Positions 52,201-64,000 of a stretch of DNA of 64,000 nt are shown here, one piece after another. Origin of the DNA: Phoronis australis (lineage: Eukaryota > Animalia > Phoronida); NCBI GenBank assembly GCA_002633005.1, contig NMRA01000034.1, positions 581,766 through 645,765 on the forward strand, written 5' to 3'. Under the pieces are notes generated by a model, which worked only from the letters and a program-made list of their open reading frames with translations, was not told the DNA's origin and did not search any database. Positions within the stretch are counted from its first letter, which is position 1. Each line of letters begins with the position of its first letter. The position numbers and the translations under genes were made by a program.

Positions 52201-54088
52201 GTTACTATAGAAGTCCAGTAACTTATAGATGTCAATATCATACGCTGTGTACTTCACTCCTGAAGTAAGTCGAAACTTTCACACTGGTTTTGATGGTTAG
52301 CGCACAACGAAGATATTGGGGCGAATCATCACAGTTATCTCATGATGGCACTCCAAAACTGCTATAAGCACGCGAAATGTTTTTTTCAAATGTTAAGTGT
52401 GGCAAATTAGTATGATCTAATAAATAGCGACACCTGGTGACAACTGCGAATGGCAACTAAGTGACCACTTCATACTGCATCAAAGCGTTACTGCTCTGCT
52501 GTTAAATCTATCTACTGGCAAGTTAACTTGCACCCTTAACTTCGATCCAAGACCAAAATGAATCATTCAAACTGACCGATACTCCCAAAAACTTTGATGC
52601 ATCAATATTGGTACAAAATGCCCTTATTAGCGTAGTCTCGTCCCAAGTTCCAAGATGCAACACTGTTAGTCAAAACCAGTAATCGGCAATACTGACTTTC
52701 TCAATTTTACTGCATTTCTGGCAACCAATTCATTACTACAAATGGCTTCGTAAAACCATTTTATCAGCATTCAAAACAATATCGAGGAAATTTAAAAATT
52801 TGGACGATTTCCTAATGTCTTTATACTTAGAACTGCTTTTCACAATCTTCTAGTTGTACATCTGGAACTTTGACAATTTTTGTCCTTGGAAACTTGACCC
52901 AGCTGTCACTGATCAGTTAACCCCAGTGCATTAATTGACATTGGATTGTGGTGTGCAGCTATTGAACCAAAACATATACCTACCTTGAATATTCCTTCCT
53001 TGAAGGTGTTCCAAATCCTTCCCAACACACTCCTGATAAATTTCAGAGCAAGATTCCCCACCTCATTCTCTATGGTCCATTACCCACCCAGCACCAGAAA
53101 GCTATAAACTATTGTTAGGTTGTGTTCAGCTCAGCTGGACAGGGTAATTGGTTTCTGCCAATACTATTTTCATGATGGGCCAATCCCCAGAATAAACAAA
53201 TTCAATTACAGAGCAACTTAAGTATGGTATATAGTCTTTATGGGTGAATCTTGACCATTCTTTGCTCTTCTGAATTGTGGCCCATCTGGCTTGGTACCCA
53301 TTAAGGGTTATTTCATTACACCCTTGTCCTTTGCCACCATCAAAATTGCTGTGTTTCCATGCATTTCGAAATCCCTGAAATATCTCGGGGGGGGGGGGGA
53401 GGGNTGAGATTATTTCCACAAATAGTTGTAACCCAAGGATTCCTCCTGACAGCCAGAATGCCAGTACTTTTATTGCTCTGTTGGCAGGCATTCACACTAT
53501 ACAACTCTTAATTGTGTTAAAAAACTGTGGTAACTTATGAATAAAATTTTCTGCTATAGTCCAGTCACATTTGGCACAATTCAGAAAACTGGATAATTTT
53601 CTTCATTTGCTCTTCCAAAACGTTTTTGCACTTCTATTCTTGTTTGAATTGAAATTTATTACAATAGCCTAGAATTTCCGTTCCTAACTGTCAAACTTTA
53701 CCTAGTCAGTAGCCACAACAACTGCCAGCTCTTCTAAAGCCAAGGAACCACTTCATAATCTAAGTCAAAAGATGATTTTTGACAGAAGACATTGGTTTAT
53801 TTCCCTTGAAAGTAATTTTCCAAAAACTCAATGTGGTTTGTTTTTTGGGCCGGCCATTACAGTACAATAGTTTAGAAGTATGCATTTACAGATGGCGACG
53901 CTACTGGTAGAGGAAGTGAGTTTTGGACGCAGTCCTTCTGCATCTAGTCATCAGCTGAAGGTTCACAGTGGTTTTACATGTGGCCAACCAATCTTGTACA
54001 TGTTAGACTGTTTCCAATTAACAATAATTACCAGAGTCGCTGACAAATCATTAACAACTTCTCATTTTTTTCAGTAGAGAGGTGTTGC

Positions 54089-54180
54089 TATTACTATTAT
54101 TATTGCTATTATTATTACTAGTTACTATAACCATTACTATTATTATTACTATTACTAATACTATTAGTATTATTATGATT
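54089..54180. repeat. (TAT/TAC)n low-complexity microsatellite
   Basis: Seen directly; source of the poly-Leu/Ile pseudo-ORF. Confidence 0.9.
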
Positions 54181-57123
54181 ATCATTTCTTCGCATGCATA
54201 CCATGGAGACATTTCCTGCGGCTTTCAACAAAGACAGTTTATGGATGATATCATCATCATCTACAGGCAAAAATATTTAAGCACCCCTTCCTAACCCTGG
54301 ATCCATCCCTGCACTGTTACATGCACTAATAGTATTACACCAGTTCCCATACAAGGCAAAATTCAACCTATGCCCTTTAAAGTTATACAGACCTAACTTA
54401 TGGCATCTCTGTCATTTTCAAATATGCAACCTTTTTAATGTAATATGTTAAAATATAGGTTATAACTTGTGTATCACCTTCTTTTGACAAAAATATTCAT
54501 CCCACGAATCTAAGCATTCTGTTGTTTGTTCTCAAGAACTCGAGCTGTTGCGGAAACATGCAAGCATAATTTTGCTTCCGGTGAAGTCCACCAGAGTAGG
54601 TTCCCATATACAAGCCAACGGAGGGCTCTTAGCACCATGAAAATAGAGTGAAAACACAATATGATCAAACAATCACTGAGGACAGAATGCTTCAAGTGGA
54701 GTTTGGCAAATGATCGGGTTTCATAACATCTTTACATAAAGAAAGACTAAAGAAGGAACAAATCTGGTGTCAGCTTAATCGAGACTGGCTATTGGGTATC
54801 AAAATAACGTCTTCCGAGCAGACGCTCTGGCAGGTCGCATTTCAAGTAGGGCAGACAGATTGGATGTAAGATGATTTCCTACTTGTATTGTATGCAGCTA
54901 ATGCCCAAATTGTTTTGTGTACACCTTGCTTGGTTGTGCTCCTCATAGGTGATAATTGAGATGTCTGGAAACGTAAGACAACAAGAACACCATTCTTAAA
55001 CTTGTTAGGTGTGATGGAAACAGGAGACATTTTGCCTCATGCAAACTGCGCGTACAAGCCAATGTTCTTTGATCTTTTTTACATTAAGCCGTGCCAGTTC
55101 CTCGGGGTCCTGCGTTAAAAAGCATACCGTGATTAGTAGTTTTTAACACAAATGAGCGTAGTGGTTTGAGTTTCAGAGCAGGTGAACAAGCAGTTTATGT
55201 GCAACTATCATGACAACTCAAAAATGTTATTCAGGGTCGACACCTCTGCATTGTATCCATGCCCAATAACTACATTAGTGAATAGGTATATGTAAGGGGG
55301 TCAAATAGATCCAGGCCCATCTCCAATCAGAATAAAAAAATTTTTAAAAGTTGTCAACCCGCCATTATAATTGCGAAAGTTTTACCTTCAATTCTGAACG
55401 TGGCCCCCCTCGTAGTGGCCAAGGTTCACCAGTGCATAACCACAACCTCTTAAAAGCAGTATCTCAGTTGCTTTTTGAATTGCACTGCATAGCCAATCTC
55501 TAAAAAGCATGGAAAATCTACCCATCCTCTCGAATTATTTTTATAGCCTCAGCTGGCAATTCGAAAAACTGGAGGACATAACAAAAAAGCATGAAACTCG
55601 TCAAGACTGCTCTGTCACAAACCAAACTGTAAACAAAATGTAGCTTTCTTCTGAACACTTTGCAACATCTTAAATAATTTTTATGCAAATTTGTATCCAA
55701 TGTCATTCCTCATAACAGTATTTAACAAATACTCCGCAGCCATGTTTGATTGCCACTAATTACAGAATGCCCATATATGGCAATTTCCCACCTGTTCAGC
55801 ACAGTATGCGTCAGAAAAAATAAAATTTCATTTTGCCAAGTTTCTTAATTTGCCGAAAAATGACAATTTTGGAAATTATTTTTGTTCGAAACTAGTGAAG
55901 GCTACTCATACCAATAGAGATCTGGCCCTTTTACAGAGCAGATCTTATGTCTCATAAGGCCCCAAATAAAACTCTTTGATTTGGAATAAAAATAACAGTT
56001 GAAATTTCCATTTCTATGTTTTTCAGAGGCTTACCCAATAGTTGCAAATGCTCAAAATTCGACCAAATGTTCTTTGGCGATAGCTATGCCACCAGACATT
56101 TTAAAAGCAAAGTACTGTTTTTTGAAAAGCTGTTCTTACTGAGAAATTCAGCTTCGTAAAATCTCACTTGTCCCCCATATTTTGTCCCAAACAAGAAGTT
56201 ACACAATAAAGCTGTCCTAAGTGCTGTTTGCACTACAAAAGTTGACACGGTTCACGTGTGTAAACAGGACTGAAACGAGCAAATTGACAAGACAGCGACA
56301 ACTTTTGTTACCCGTTTGTGTGGTAGAGCAACTTGCGCCCGATCATCTTGCTGTGTCAAATATATGTCTAAACGCGAAACTGGGACAAGGCGGAAGAGAT
56401 CATCTCTATTGCGCTTGGGCAAAAAACACACAGGTGATCATTTTTGCACAATTTTTACGATTTGCCAGTCAGCTTTCCAGTGCCCTGTCTTCTAACTTCA
56501 ACCCTGACCACCATTTATTTGTTACAAAACTGTCAGAATATTATACCCAGACTGGATTCAATTAAAATGCTTGGTTATGTACAATAGGCCTGCTGATGAA
56601 AGCCTTAATTAGCTGATCAAAAAATTATTGAAGCAAAACTTAATGTCACTTGGGGAAATTAGAAAAACCATAACAACAATAATCATAATGTACTGGGACT
56701 CCCGCAATTTGCATCTTTGAGCATGAGCACTCTACATTCTTGCCCACAACTTCCCCGTTTCAGAGTTGTGTGTGTGTGTGTATTAATGGCCACTTGACAC
56801 AGTTCATCTTGCACCAGGTCACTTGTGCTGTGTTGAGAGTTAATGACTAAAGGGGACACTAGATAAAATCCTATGAGTCAACCCAATTTTATTCCCAAGA
56901 CTATTACATAACGCAGGTCATATTGTCTCTGATTGCTGTGTAAGGCTTTCTCCATGCTCTCTGATTAGCTATTATTGTATTATTTTTGCACATAATTTGT
57001 GCATCACTTATTAAGGGTGCAGACAGGTATTCTAAGGAACACACAAGACAATCCCAAGAGTGAAGACAAAACCCTAAAAGTGCTTATGAAAACAGGGCTT
57101 ATCCCCAGCATCTGAAATGTTAA

Positions 57124-57321
57124 AGATGCATTTCGCGTCATTAAGCAGACTAAAAAACGAAGTCGAATGAGGCCTTTAACTCTCATCAAATCAGTCTCAT
57201 AATATAGCTTAATGAGATAACTGAATGCTATCATGGTAAGGAATTGAAACTGGTCTAATGAGAGTAAAAGGTCTAATTCTGTGTTTGTTTTTTAGCCAGC
57301 TAAACTAAACAGAATGCAGCT
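57124..57321. mobile_element. TTAA-flanked palindromic MITE (Kolobok-like)
   Basis: TTAA|AGATGCATT ... AATGCAGCT|TTAA. Shares tcagtctcataatat and ttttagccagc with the ~42.1-kb copy. Confidence 0.6.
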
Positions 57322-60300
57322 TTAAGTAGACAGAAGTTTAGAAATGGACACAGCAAAGTGCAACATTTTTCTCAATCCTCTGCAATATGAATGATCCTAA
57401 CTTTGTGGAAAATGTCTTCATTTTCAAACAGGTTTTCTTGACATTTGTTTGGCATTTGTTGACAGAGAAGGCTTTCAAGAGGTCATGATAAAATTATTAT
57501 AATAAAAATTAAATAATTCATTTGCTTTAATGTCCATGATTCTATTATACAATAGGATACCTATGGATGACATTTAGTTGAATAGCGGCATGTTGAAGTC
57601 GGTGATGGGATGTTGAGAAGTCAGACTGGAGGGTCTAGCAGCCTGGTCTGCTGGCTATCAACCTTGCTATCTATTGATTACGAGGCAGACATTTGGCTTA
57701 ATCGTTTGTCGTATTCTCAGGGGAGACCCCCGGTACAAAAATATCACCATCTTACTATAACACGAGCGCAGAGGTTAACGCACATCAGCAGATATCATTC
57801 AAAATGTACGGAGTCTGTTTTTACAAAGATTTTGCTAGCGAGCTGTAAACAATATAGGTGAACAAATGTTTTAAAGAATTATTTTTGGAATCGTGCATAT
57901 TTTATATCAGAGGCATCATTGTCAAATATGACATGTTTGCCAATATTCACCAAGTGCAAACAATTTCTAGAATTAATTCAACGCAAAACTAATATAGGGT
58001 TGAAATTCACAAAACGGTAGGGCAAATCATCAACATCAATCAGTTAAAACTCCTTTGATGCTCTAAGTAAGCAAATCAAAACAAAAACATCTTTCTTGCA
58101 TAGCAAGTGGAACCAGTATGGCTACCAGCAGCCACCTCAACAGTCTTCTCAGCCATGTTACTTGGCATTACATAACATCTCAGTTGGATAGTCACTCAGG
58201 CTGTTTGTTTTCACAGATAATGTTCTGTTTGCACAGACTGTCACATCAAGGTACAACTTCTTGATTTATCACCTTAACAAGTTAATTACCAGTCAGCTAT
58301 TACACTTTACTCCTGTCCAATTGCCCCAGGCTGGCAACATTGGTATTTACACCATATGGTCAGATGTCTATCAGATTTGATTGGGAACTTCATTGCCCTA
58401 CACCAGAGTTCCATAGACCGCAAGACATTAGCTAGCTTGCATTTGTGGTGAAAAACTCTTCACTCACACTAAATGGTCACACTTTTTTATTATTCGTCGT
58501 CATTTTGGCTAACATAGAAACTTTCGCCGCTTGAAAAATTGCAAAATGATTCTCGGGCAATAAACTGAAGAAAACTGTACTTTGTCAATGAAGCAGACGA
58601 TTGCACATAAAAACTACTACAATTTATTTACAATTCAGTCGTGGTGCTTTCCATACTCCCAAGAAAATCTCAAAAACACCAGATTACATTGGACTTCACG
58701 AGATATCGCCATGCCTTACAAGCAAAGCACGCAATCCCACTAGCTGTACTTGTGAAATTCTTTCCTCATAGAATGGAATGCAGCAGTGACTTCTCAGTCA
58801 AATCTAGAGATATAAGATCAACTTTCCCAGCTGTCAGATCAGATCAAGTTAGCATTACATAACCTGGCACTATTAATACATTTAGATCATCTGCTATCTG
58901 CATGAAGGGTGTATAGAAACATAGCTTATCCTTGTTGTAAAAAATCCGCCTCCAGGCCCATAACCCTGTATACACAGTTGTACTACACAAAATAATGGAA
59001 TTATATGGTAGATCATCTTGTAGTGAATGACATGTATAGCAAATTCTCTGCCATCAAAATAGGAATTAAAAGGACCTGAGCACTGAATACGTGGCTCAAC
59101 TGAACATCATGCAAAATAAAATGATAAATATAGATAACAATAAATAAGAGTAGAAAATAACAAATAACAGTGTGGGTTTCCATTAAAATTGCTCTTGCTG
59201 TGGTTTCAAATTACACATACTACAAGTTGAACAAAAATAATTTATAAACAGCTTATCCAGAGTTCTAAAACGAAATGACACTCTAGTTTGAAAGCACAGG
59301 CATTTTAATTAAGCACATAAATATTCATGGAAATGACTTGAAACCATATTTGAATTCTTCTGTTATTTCTGACCACTGAAAAATGATCCAATTTTCTCTA
59401 ATTTTAGAATGTGTTAACCCATAGGGGGTTTTGCCCATTTCTCCCTGCTGAAAACTTGCTAGGAACTCCACCTAATTTCAAGTCTCGATGGAAAGGTGGA
59501 GAAGAATAGCACTTTTATAGTGACTGCTTCAAAAAAGTTGAACAATATTTGTGTAAAACCTAATTCCACGCAAAATCTGGATGACAAATGAATCATCACA
59601 TTCCTCCTTTGCCATTTTCTTTTTAAAGCATTGACCTCTCTATAAATTGCACCAAACTTTACCATAAATAGTTTTAATTTGTACGTGGAACTTGAATTTT
59701 TTTGGATATGTTCACCTAAAAGTTTGGATGTTATGTAACATTGATCTGGTACTGATTTTGTGTCGATGAACAAAAATGTTCATTTTCTCAACATATAATG
59801 CACTCTAACCATGTTGACAAAGTTTGTGACTTATGGTACCCAGGAAGACATAGCATTCAGAAGTTATTGTTCATTTACATAGTACTGGTAAATGTTATAA
59901 CAACTGAACAGTTACTTGCAGAGCATTTGCAGCTGCTTACTCCGCATAACGGTTCCTGGCAGTCACTAAATCGACGGTCTTTGCAGTTACAATTCGCATA
60001 GGAGAGGAAAGAAAAGCCATTTTGGATGTGTCTACAGAAATGACACATTAATAGATAATAAATATTTGAGACTTAGTAAGGCTATATCAGAGACATGTAA
60101 TGCTACCAGTTACTTTCATGAGATTCTGTGTCCACGATTTTGATGTGCAAACGTTTAAGTCATTACTTTTGGGACACCCTGTATATGCTTTAAATTCTCA
60201 AAATAGCAAATACTATTTACATCATTTTGACCCTATAAAAACATCTTTTAAATGAAACATTTTGCAAAATTACCTATATTGTGTGCTATGATTTTTTGTG

Positions 60301-62980
60301 AAAAATCCAAAAAGCTGACTTAAAATCCTTATTTCCATTTTGACTGCTTCATGATGAAAATAATGCAAAATACAAAACTGATAATTACTATTAATTATTA
60401 CTATTGTAATTAAAGTGTTTGCGTAGATCACTTGTCAATGGGATACTTTTCAAAAATTAACAGAGTTAGAACTTCAGATTAGAGAAAATCATGCAATTTT
60501 AAATCAAACTCCTGCAATATCAACCTCATGAATGATTTTGCAACGAAGTTCAAAGATGGCACAATCTGCGACTTATTTCCTGCCAGAATTAACGAGCCTG
60601 AAGCCTGGTTTCACGGCCAAATACAAAAGTGTTCCAAAATTAAGGAGTTCAAGTTTGGCAGTCGGGTCTTATTATAGCAGCAGAGATTACAAAGGCGACT
60701 TCAAACAAAAATCAAACCCACTCCGTTGTGTATATTGTACAAATGGTGATAACGCAGTGTTAAAAAAATCTCTCCAAGAGCATTGTATCTAAAAGCTATT
60801 AAGTGAACAGGAAGCTGTGAGCCTTTCTGCTCGAGCTCATTGATTAAAATGAAAACAAGTGTTTTTAAACATAAAATTTCCCAGAATCCCACAAACTGAA
60901 ACTAGTGAAACACATGATTAACTTTCTACATGAAGCCAAAAAACATGTACAACTCATCACTAATTTCTTATAAAAATTGTCTTGGCAAATTGTCATTTTT
61001 CTGCTTTCCAAAATGCCGATTACATTGCGACAGATAATAGAAATTTTGACAAATGTTGTTGTTTAACATCTACGCAGCTATCGAGTAAAATTTCTTAACT
61101 TAATTTTCTGTTGAGAAATTTGACAAAAATTTCAGTTGTGTGCTAATAGGTGCAGAATTATTTCAGATCATTCTGGTATGTGGTTTATTGAATATTGACA
61201 TAGTGAAGCGGAATTTTTTAGTAGTCCATTTTTCGTGGCACTAGTCCTGCGATGGCCAATCGCTGACTTGACAAGTCAGGTGTTTGAAAATCTTGCTTGC
61301 ATGTGATTTTTCAGCTTTTGAAAAAAAAATTAAATCTCTAGGTGAACATTTTTTTTCTTTCAGCAGTGAGACGCAGGTTCCAAATTGGGTTAGTTACATA
61401 CTAGCAGCACCTATATTTTTTGGCCAAATGATTTTAAATGAAATATTTTTTGCCGAGTTCAACATATCAGCTATGAATTATTTCCATATAAAAACCGGTA
61501 TTCTATAGTCTCAATGACATTACCCTATAATTTGAACGATTTCATGAGCAGGACTTTAAAGTCGAGTTTCAAATATCCACAAAGGAAACACATCTATAAT
61601 GAAATCATTATTATTTAAGAGTTAAAAGGCATTCTGAATGTTTGACTTAAATTGTAGGGTGGGATTTTCTTTTTTCAATGATCTTAACTATCGTTCTTTG
61701 TGTGGTTTAGTTTCACGCATAAGAAATTGACACTTAAAACTTCATGAATTTTTATTTGTGTTTCAGCATTGATATAGGCAGTTGTGAAGTGGAACGCAGG
61801 ACATTGTACACAGCGTCATTTGAAATTTCACTCCATCGAAATCCAATCTGCTGTGAAAGTTGGATTAGTAAAAACTTAACGACTTTCCATTGAATATCAG
61901 CCACAAGGATCAGCGATCTCACGGTTGGACCAAAGTTACAGATCTCGTTTCCCAGGTGACAATAACGCATTTTATCAACACCGAGGTACGTGCGACTAGG
62001 TCATGAACAACTTACGAAACTGGCGTTCATTTTTATAAGCAAAAATGTGATCAATTTAGAATGTGGCAAGAAAGTGCAAACAGCCTCCTAGAGGAAGAAA
62101 ACTCTTTCACAAAAAGATTATAAAAGTTGTTTTGTGCAGCCATTCACAAACAATTGTTCTTGAAAGAATGGCACAAAAATGATGAATAATAATCTCCAAT
62201 TTCCCAGCTTTAGGTATTTCGATTCAAAAACATTCACATGCCAATCTAACATGGTCCACACCACACAAGTTGAATGTCTAGGCAAACACCTAGAATTCTG
62301 ATATTGTTAGAAAGTCGACCAAATGGTAAACCACGTCTGACATGGGTAAATAGTGGCGCGGTAACACTACACTGGCAAACAGCAATGTTTAAAAAAGGTT
62401 AAACACTTTGCTGAATACAAGGGCTGGTCCATAGAGGCTATATAGTTGGAGCTAATAAAACTGTGGCCATATTGTTAGACTGTATCAACTTAAGGTGTCA
62501 CTGTCCTATTGTATGCTTACGCTAATGTTTGTCTGCACTGTTTACTTATGAAATTGTGAAAGCGTTCCAATGACAGCGTCTCAAATTTACGCCGAAATAC
62601 AGGTAAACTGAGTCAAGCAAACAAACATACCATTTACCCTCTATTTACATTGTATACACCCATCACTGTGGCTTTGTCCTGTGGTTTTATGCTAAAATTG
62701 ATATTTGGAATTAATTACTTTCAGGTAGACAGTAATTAACAACCAAGCGGGGCCAGATCTTTCACAAGGACACAAAGAATTACAAAAACAGCGAAACCAT
62801 ATATTGTGGCAAACAAAGCTTTGTTTGAACCCACAATACATCAGTAGACAATCAACTTCCTGTTTGGACCTGAACGTCACCTCTGTATCAATGGGCATGA
62901 CCCAAAAATAACATTGTCTCAGCTTTCACCTTTGGCCTCATTCCAAAATCAGAACAATCAGAAACGACACCGTGTCACCA

Positions 62981-64000
62981 ATGAACACAAAGATGGTTGT
63001 TCTGTTCTGCTTCCAATTGATGGCGCTAGTGACTGGCATGAGGGCAGCAAAAATTCTTCTGTATCCCTATGGAAACTGCAGGAACAGCCACTTGCTTCAC
63101 ATGGAACGACTTGGTGCGCTTCTAAATAGCGATGGCTATGAAGTGTCCATGTTAATTAATTCCAAGTATAATCAACCAATGGGAGACTTGGACTTGGGAT
63201 CCGTAACCCTCATGCAATGGGATGGGCCTGAAAACATCCCGGTGATATGCGATTTCAACGGCATACACCGGATAATACAGACATCGATGAACGAGGTCAT
63301 CAGCACATTTATGAACGCTGCCTTGTATTACTGTGAGTCCCTACTAGCTGATAAGGAACTTTTGGAACGTTTAAAGGCCGAGAAATATGACATGTTTCTC
63401 TACGATTACATGGACATGTGTGGACCCATCATTGCTACATATCTGGACATACCAACGATTCAGTTCCTTAGTCAAGGGCTGGGAGGTCTTGCTGACATGG
63501 ACTGGCCCTCCCCATTGTCCTACTTACCGTCTGTTGTATCTGATTATACAGACCACATGAACTTGTTCCAACGAACTGTTAACACTGTATCACAGTTGTT
63601 CATGAGGACCATCTTCGAATGGACGGTCTATCCTAAGTTTCAAGCTCTTCGCGAGAAGTATGACCTCAACAGCAGCATTACCTTTCAACAGTCACTATCG
63701 ACATATTCACTCAGGTTTGTTTTCGCCGATTTTGCGCTAGACTACCCGAGGCCCACAATGCCTGACTTGGTGTTCATTGGCAGCTACTTTGCTAAGTCGG
63801 ACAAGCCGATGACTAACGATCTTGTCACATTCATGGATGACGCGGACACGTACGGAGCCATCGTCTTCAGCTTTGGTTCTTTTGTCAGGGACTACACATT
63901 GGAATGGGGCAACAAGTTTGCCAACGCGCTGGCTCGCTTACCACAAAAGGTCATATGGCGATACAATGGGCCAACGCCAACTGAACTAGGTAACAACACA
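62981..64000 (+). CDS. UDP-glycosyltransferase (UGT, GT1 family, ER type), 5' part; open without introns to the window end
   Basis: 340 open codons from ATG 62981, with an in-frame stop upstream at 62909. Signal peptide MNTKMVVLFCFQLMALVTGMRA, then AKILLYPYGNCRNSH (catalytic His37), CESLLADKELLERLKAEKYDMFLYD, PSPLSYLP...DHMNLFQRTVN, DFALDYPRPTMPDLVFIG, GAIVFSFGS, NALARLPQKVIWRY..PTELGNNT. Subfamily not assignable by eye. Confidence 0.96.
   Translation, partial: MNTKMVVLFCFQLMALVTGMRAAKILLYPYGNCRNSHLLHMERLGALLNSDGYEVSMLINSKYNQPMGDLDLGSVTLMQWDGPENIPVICDFNGIHRIIQTSMNEVISTFMNAALYYCESLLADKELLERLKAEKYDMFLYDYMDMCGPIIATYLDIPTIQFLSQGLGGLADMDWPSPLSYLPSVVSDYTDHMNLFQRTVNTVSQLFMRTIFEWTVYPKFQALREKYDLNSSITFQQSLSTYSLRFVFADFALDYPRPTMPDLVFIGSYFAKSDKPMTNDLVTFMDDADTYGAIVFSFGSFVRDYTLEWGNKFANALARLPQKVIWRYNGPTPTELGNNT

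Overview
Eukaryotic, AT-rich, repeat-dense genomic DNA. The repeat content suggests a marine invertebrate, possibly a deuterostome, but the species cannot be determined here. Almost all ORFs in the supplied track are spurious. Real coding content is in two genes. (1) Four phase-compatible minus-strand exons of a CCDC93 orthologue (CCC/Commander complex) lie at 10945-11018, 6146-6227, 2051-2125 and 1251-1431. No further CCDC93 exon was found in the 53 kb upstream, implying a very large intron. (2) An uninterrupted plus-strand UDP-glycosyltransferase ORF starts at 62981 and runs off the window end (340 codons visible, missing from the ORF track). It appears to be nested antisense inside the CCDC93 intron, with a candidate promoter and non-coding first exon at about 48.8-49.2 kb. 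The rest is a patchwork of non-autonomous transposons: three Helentron/HINE (DINE-1-like) families (one carrying regularly spaced CTCF-consensus motifs), three Tc2/pogo-like CCGTA elements, Kolobok-like and Harbinger-like MITEs, and a decayed THAP fragment. There is also a near-perfect 160-bp palindrome, microsatellites and a 377-nt assembly gap. I found no clearly new multi-gene system. The best leads are the nested intronless UGT with its DR1 promoter, the CTCF-motif-bearing Helentron arrays and the long palindrome.
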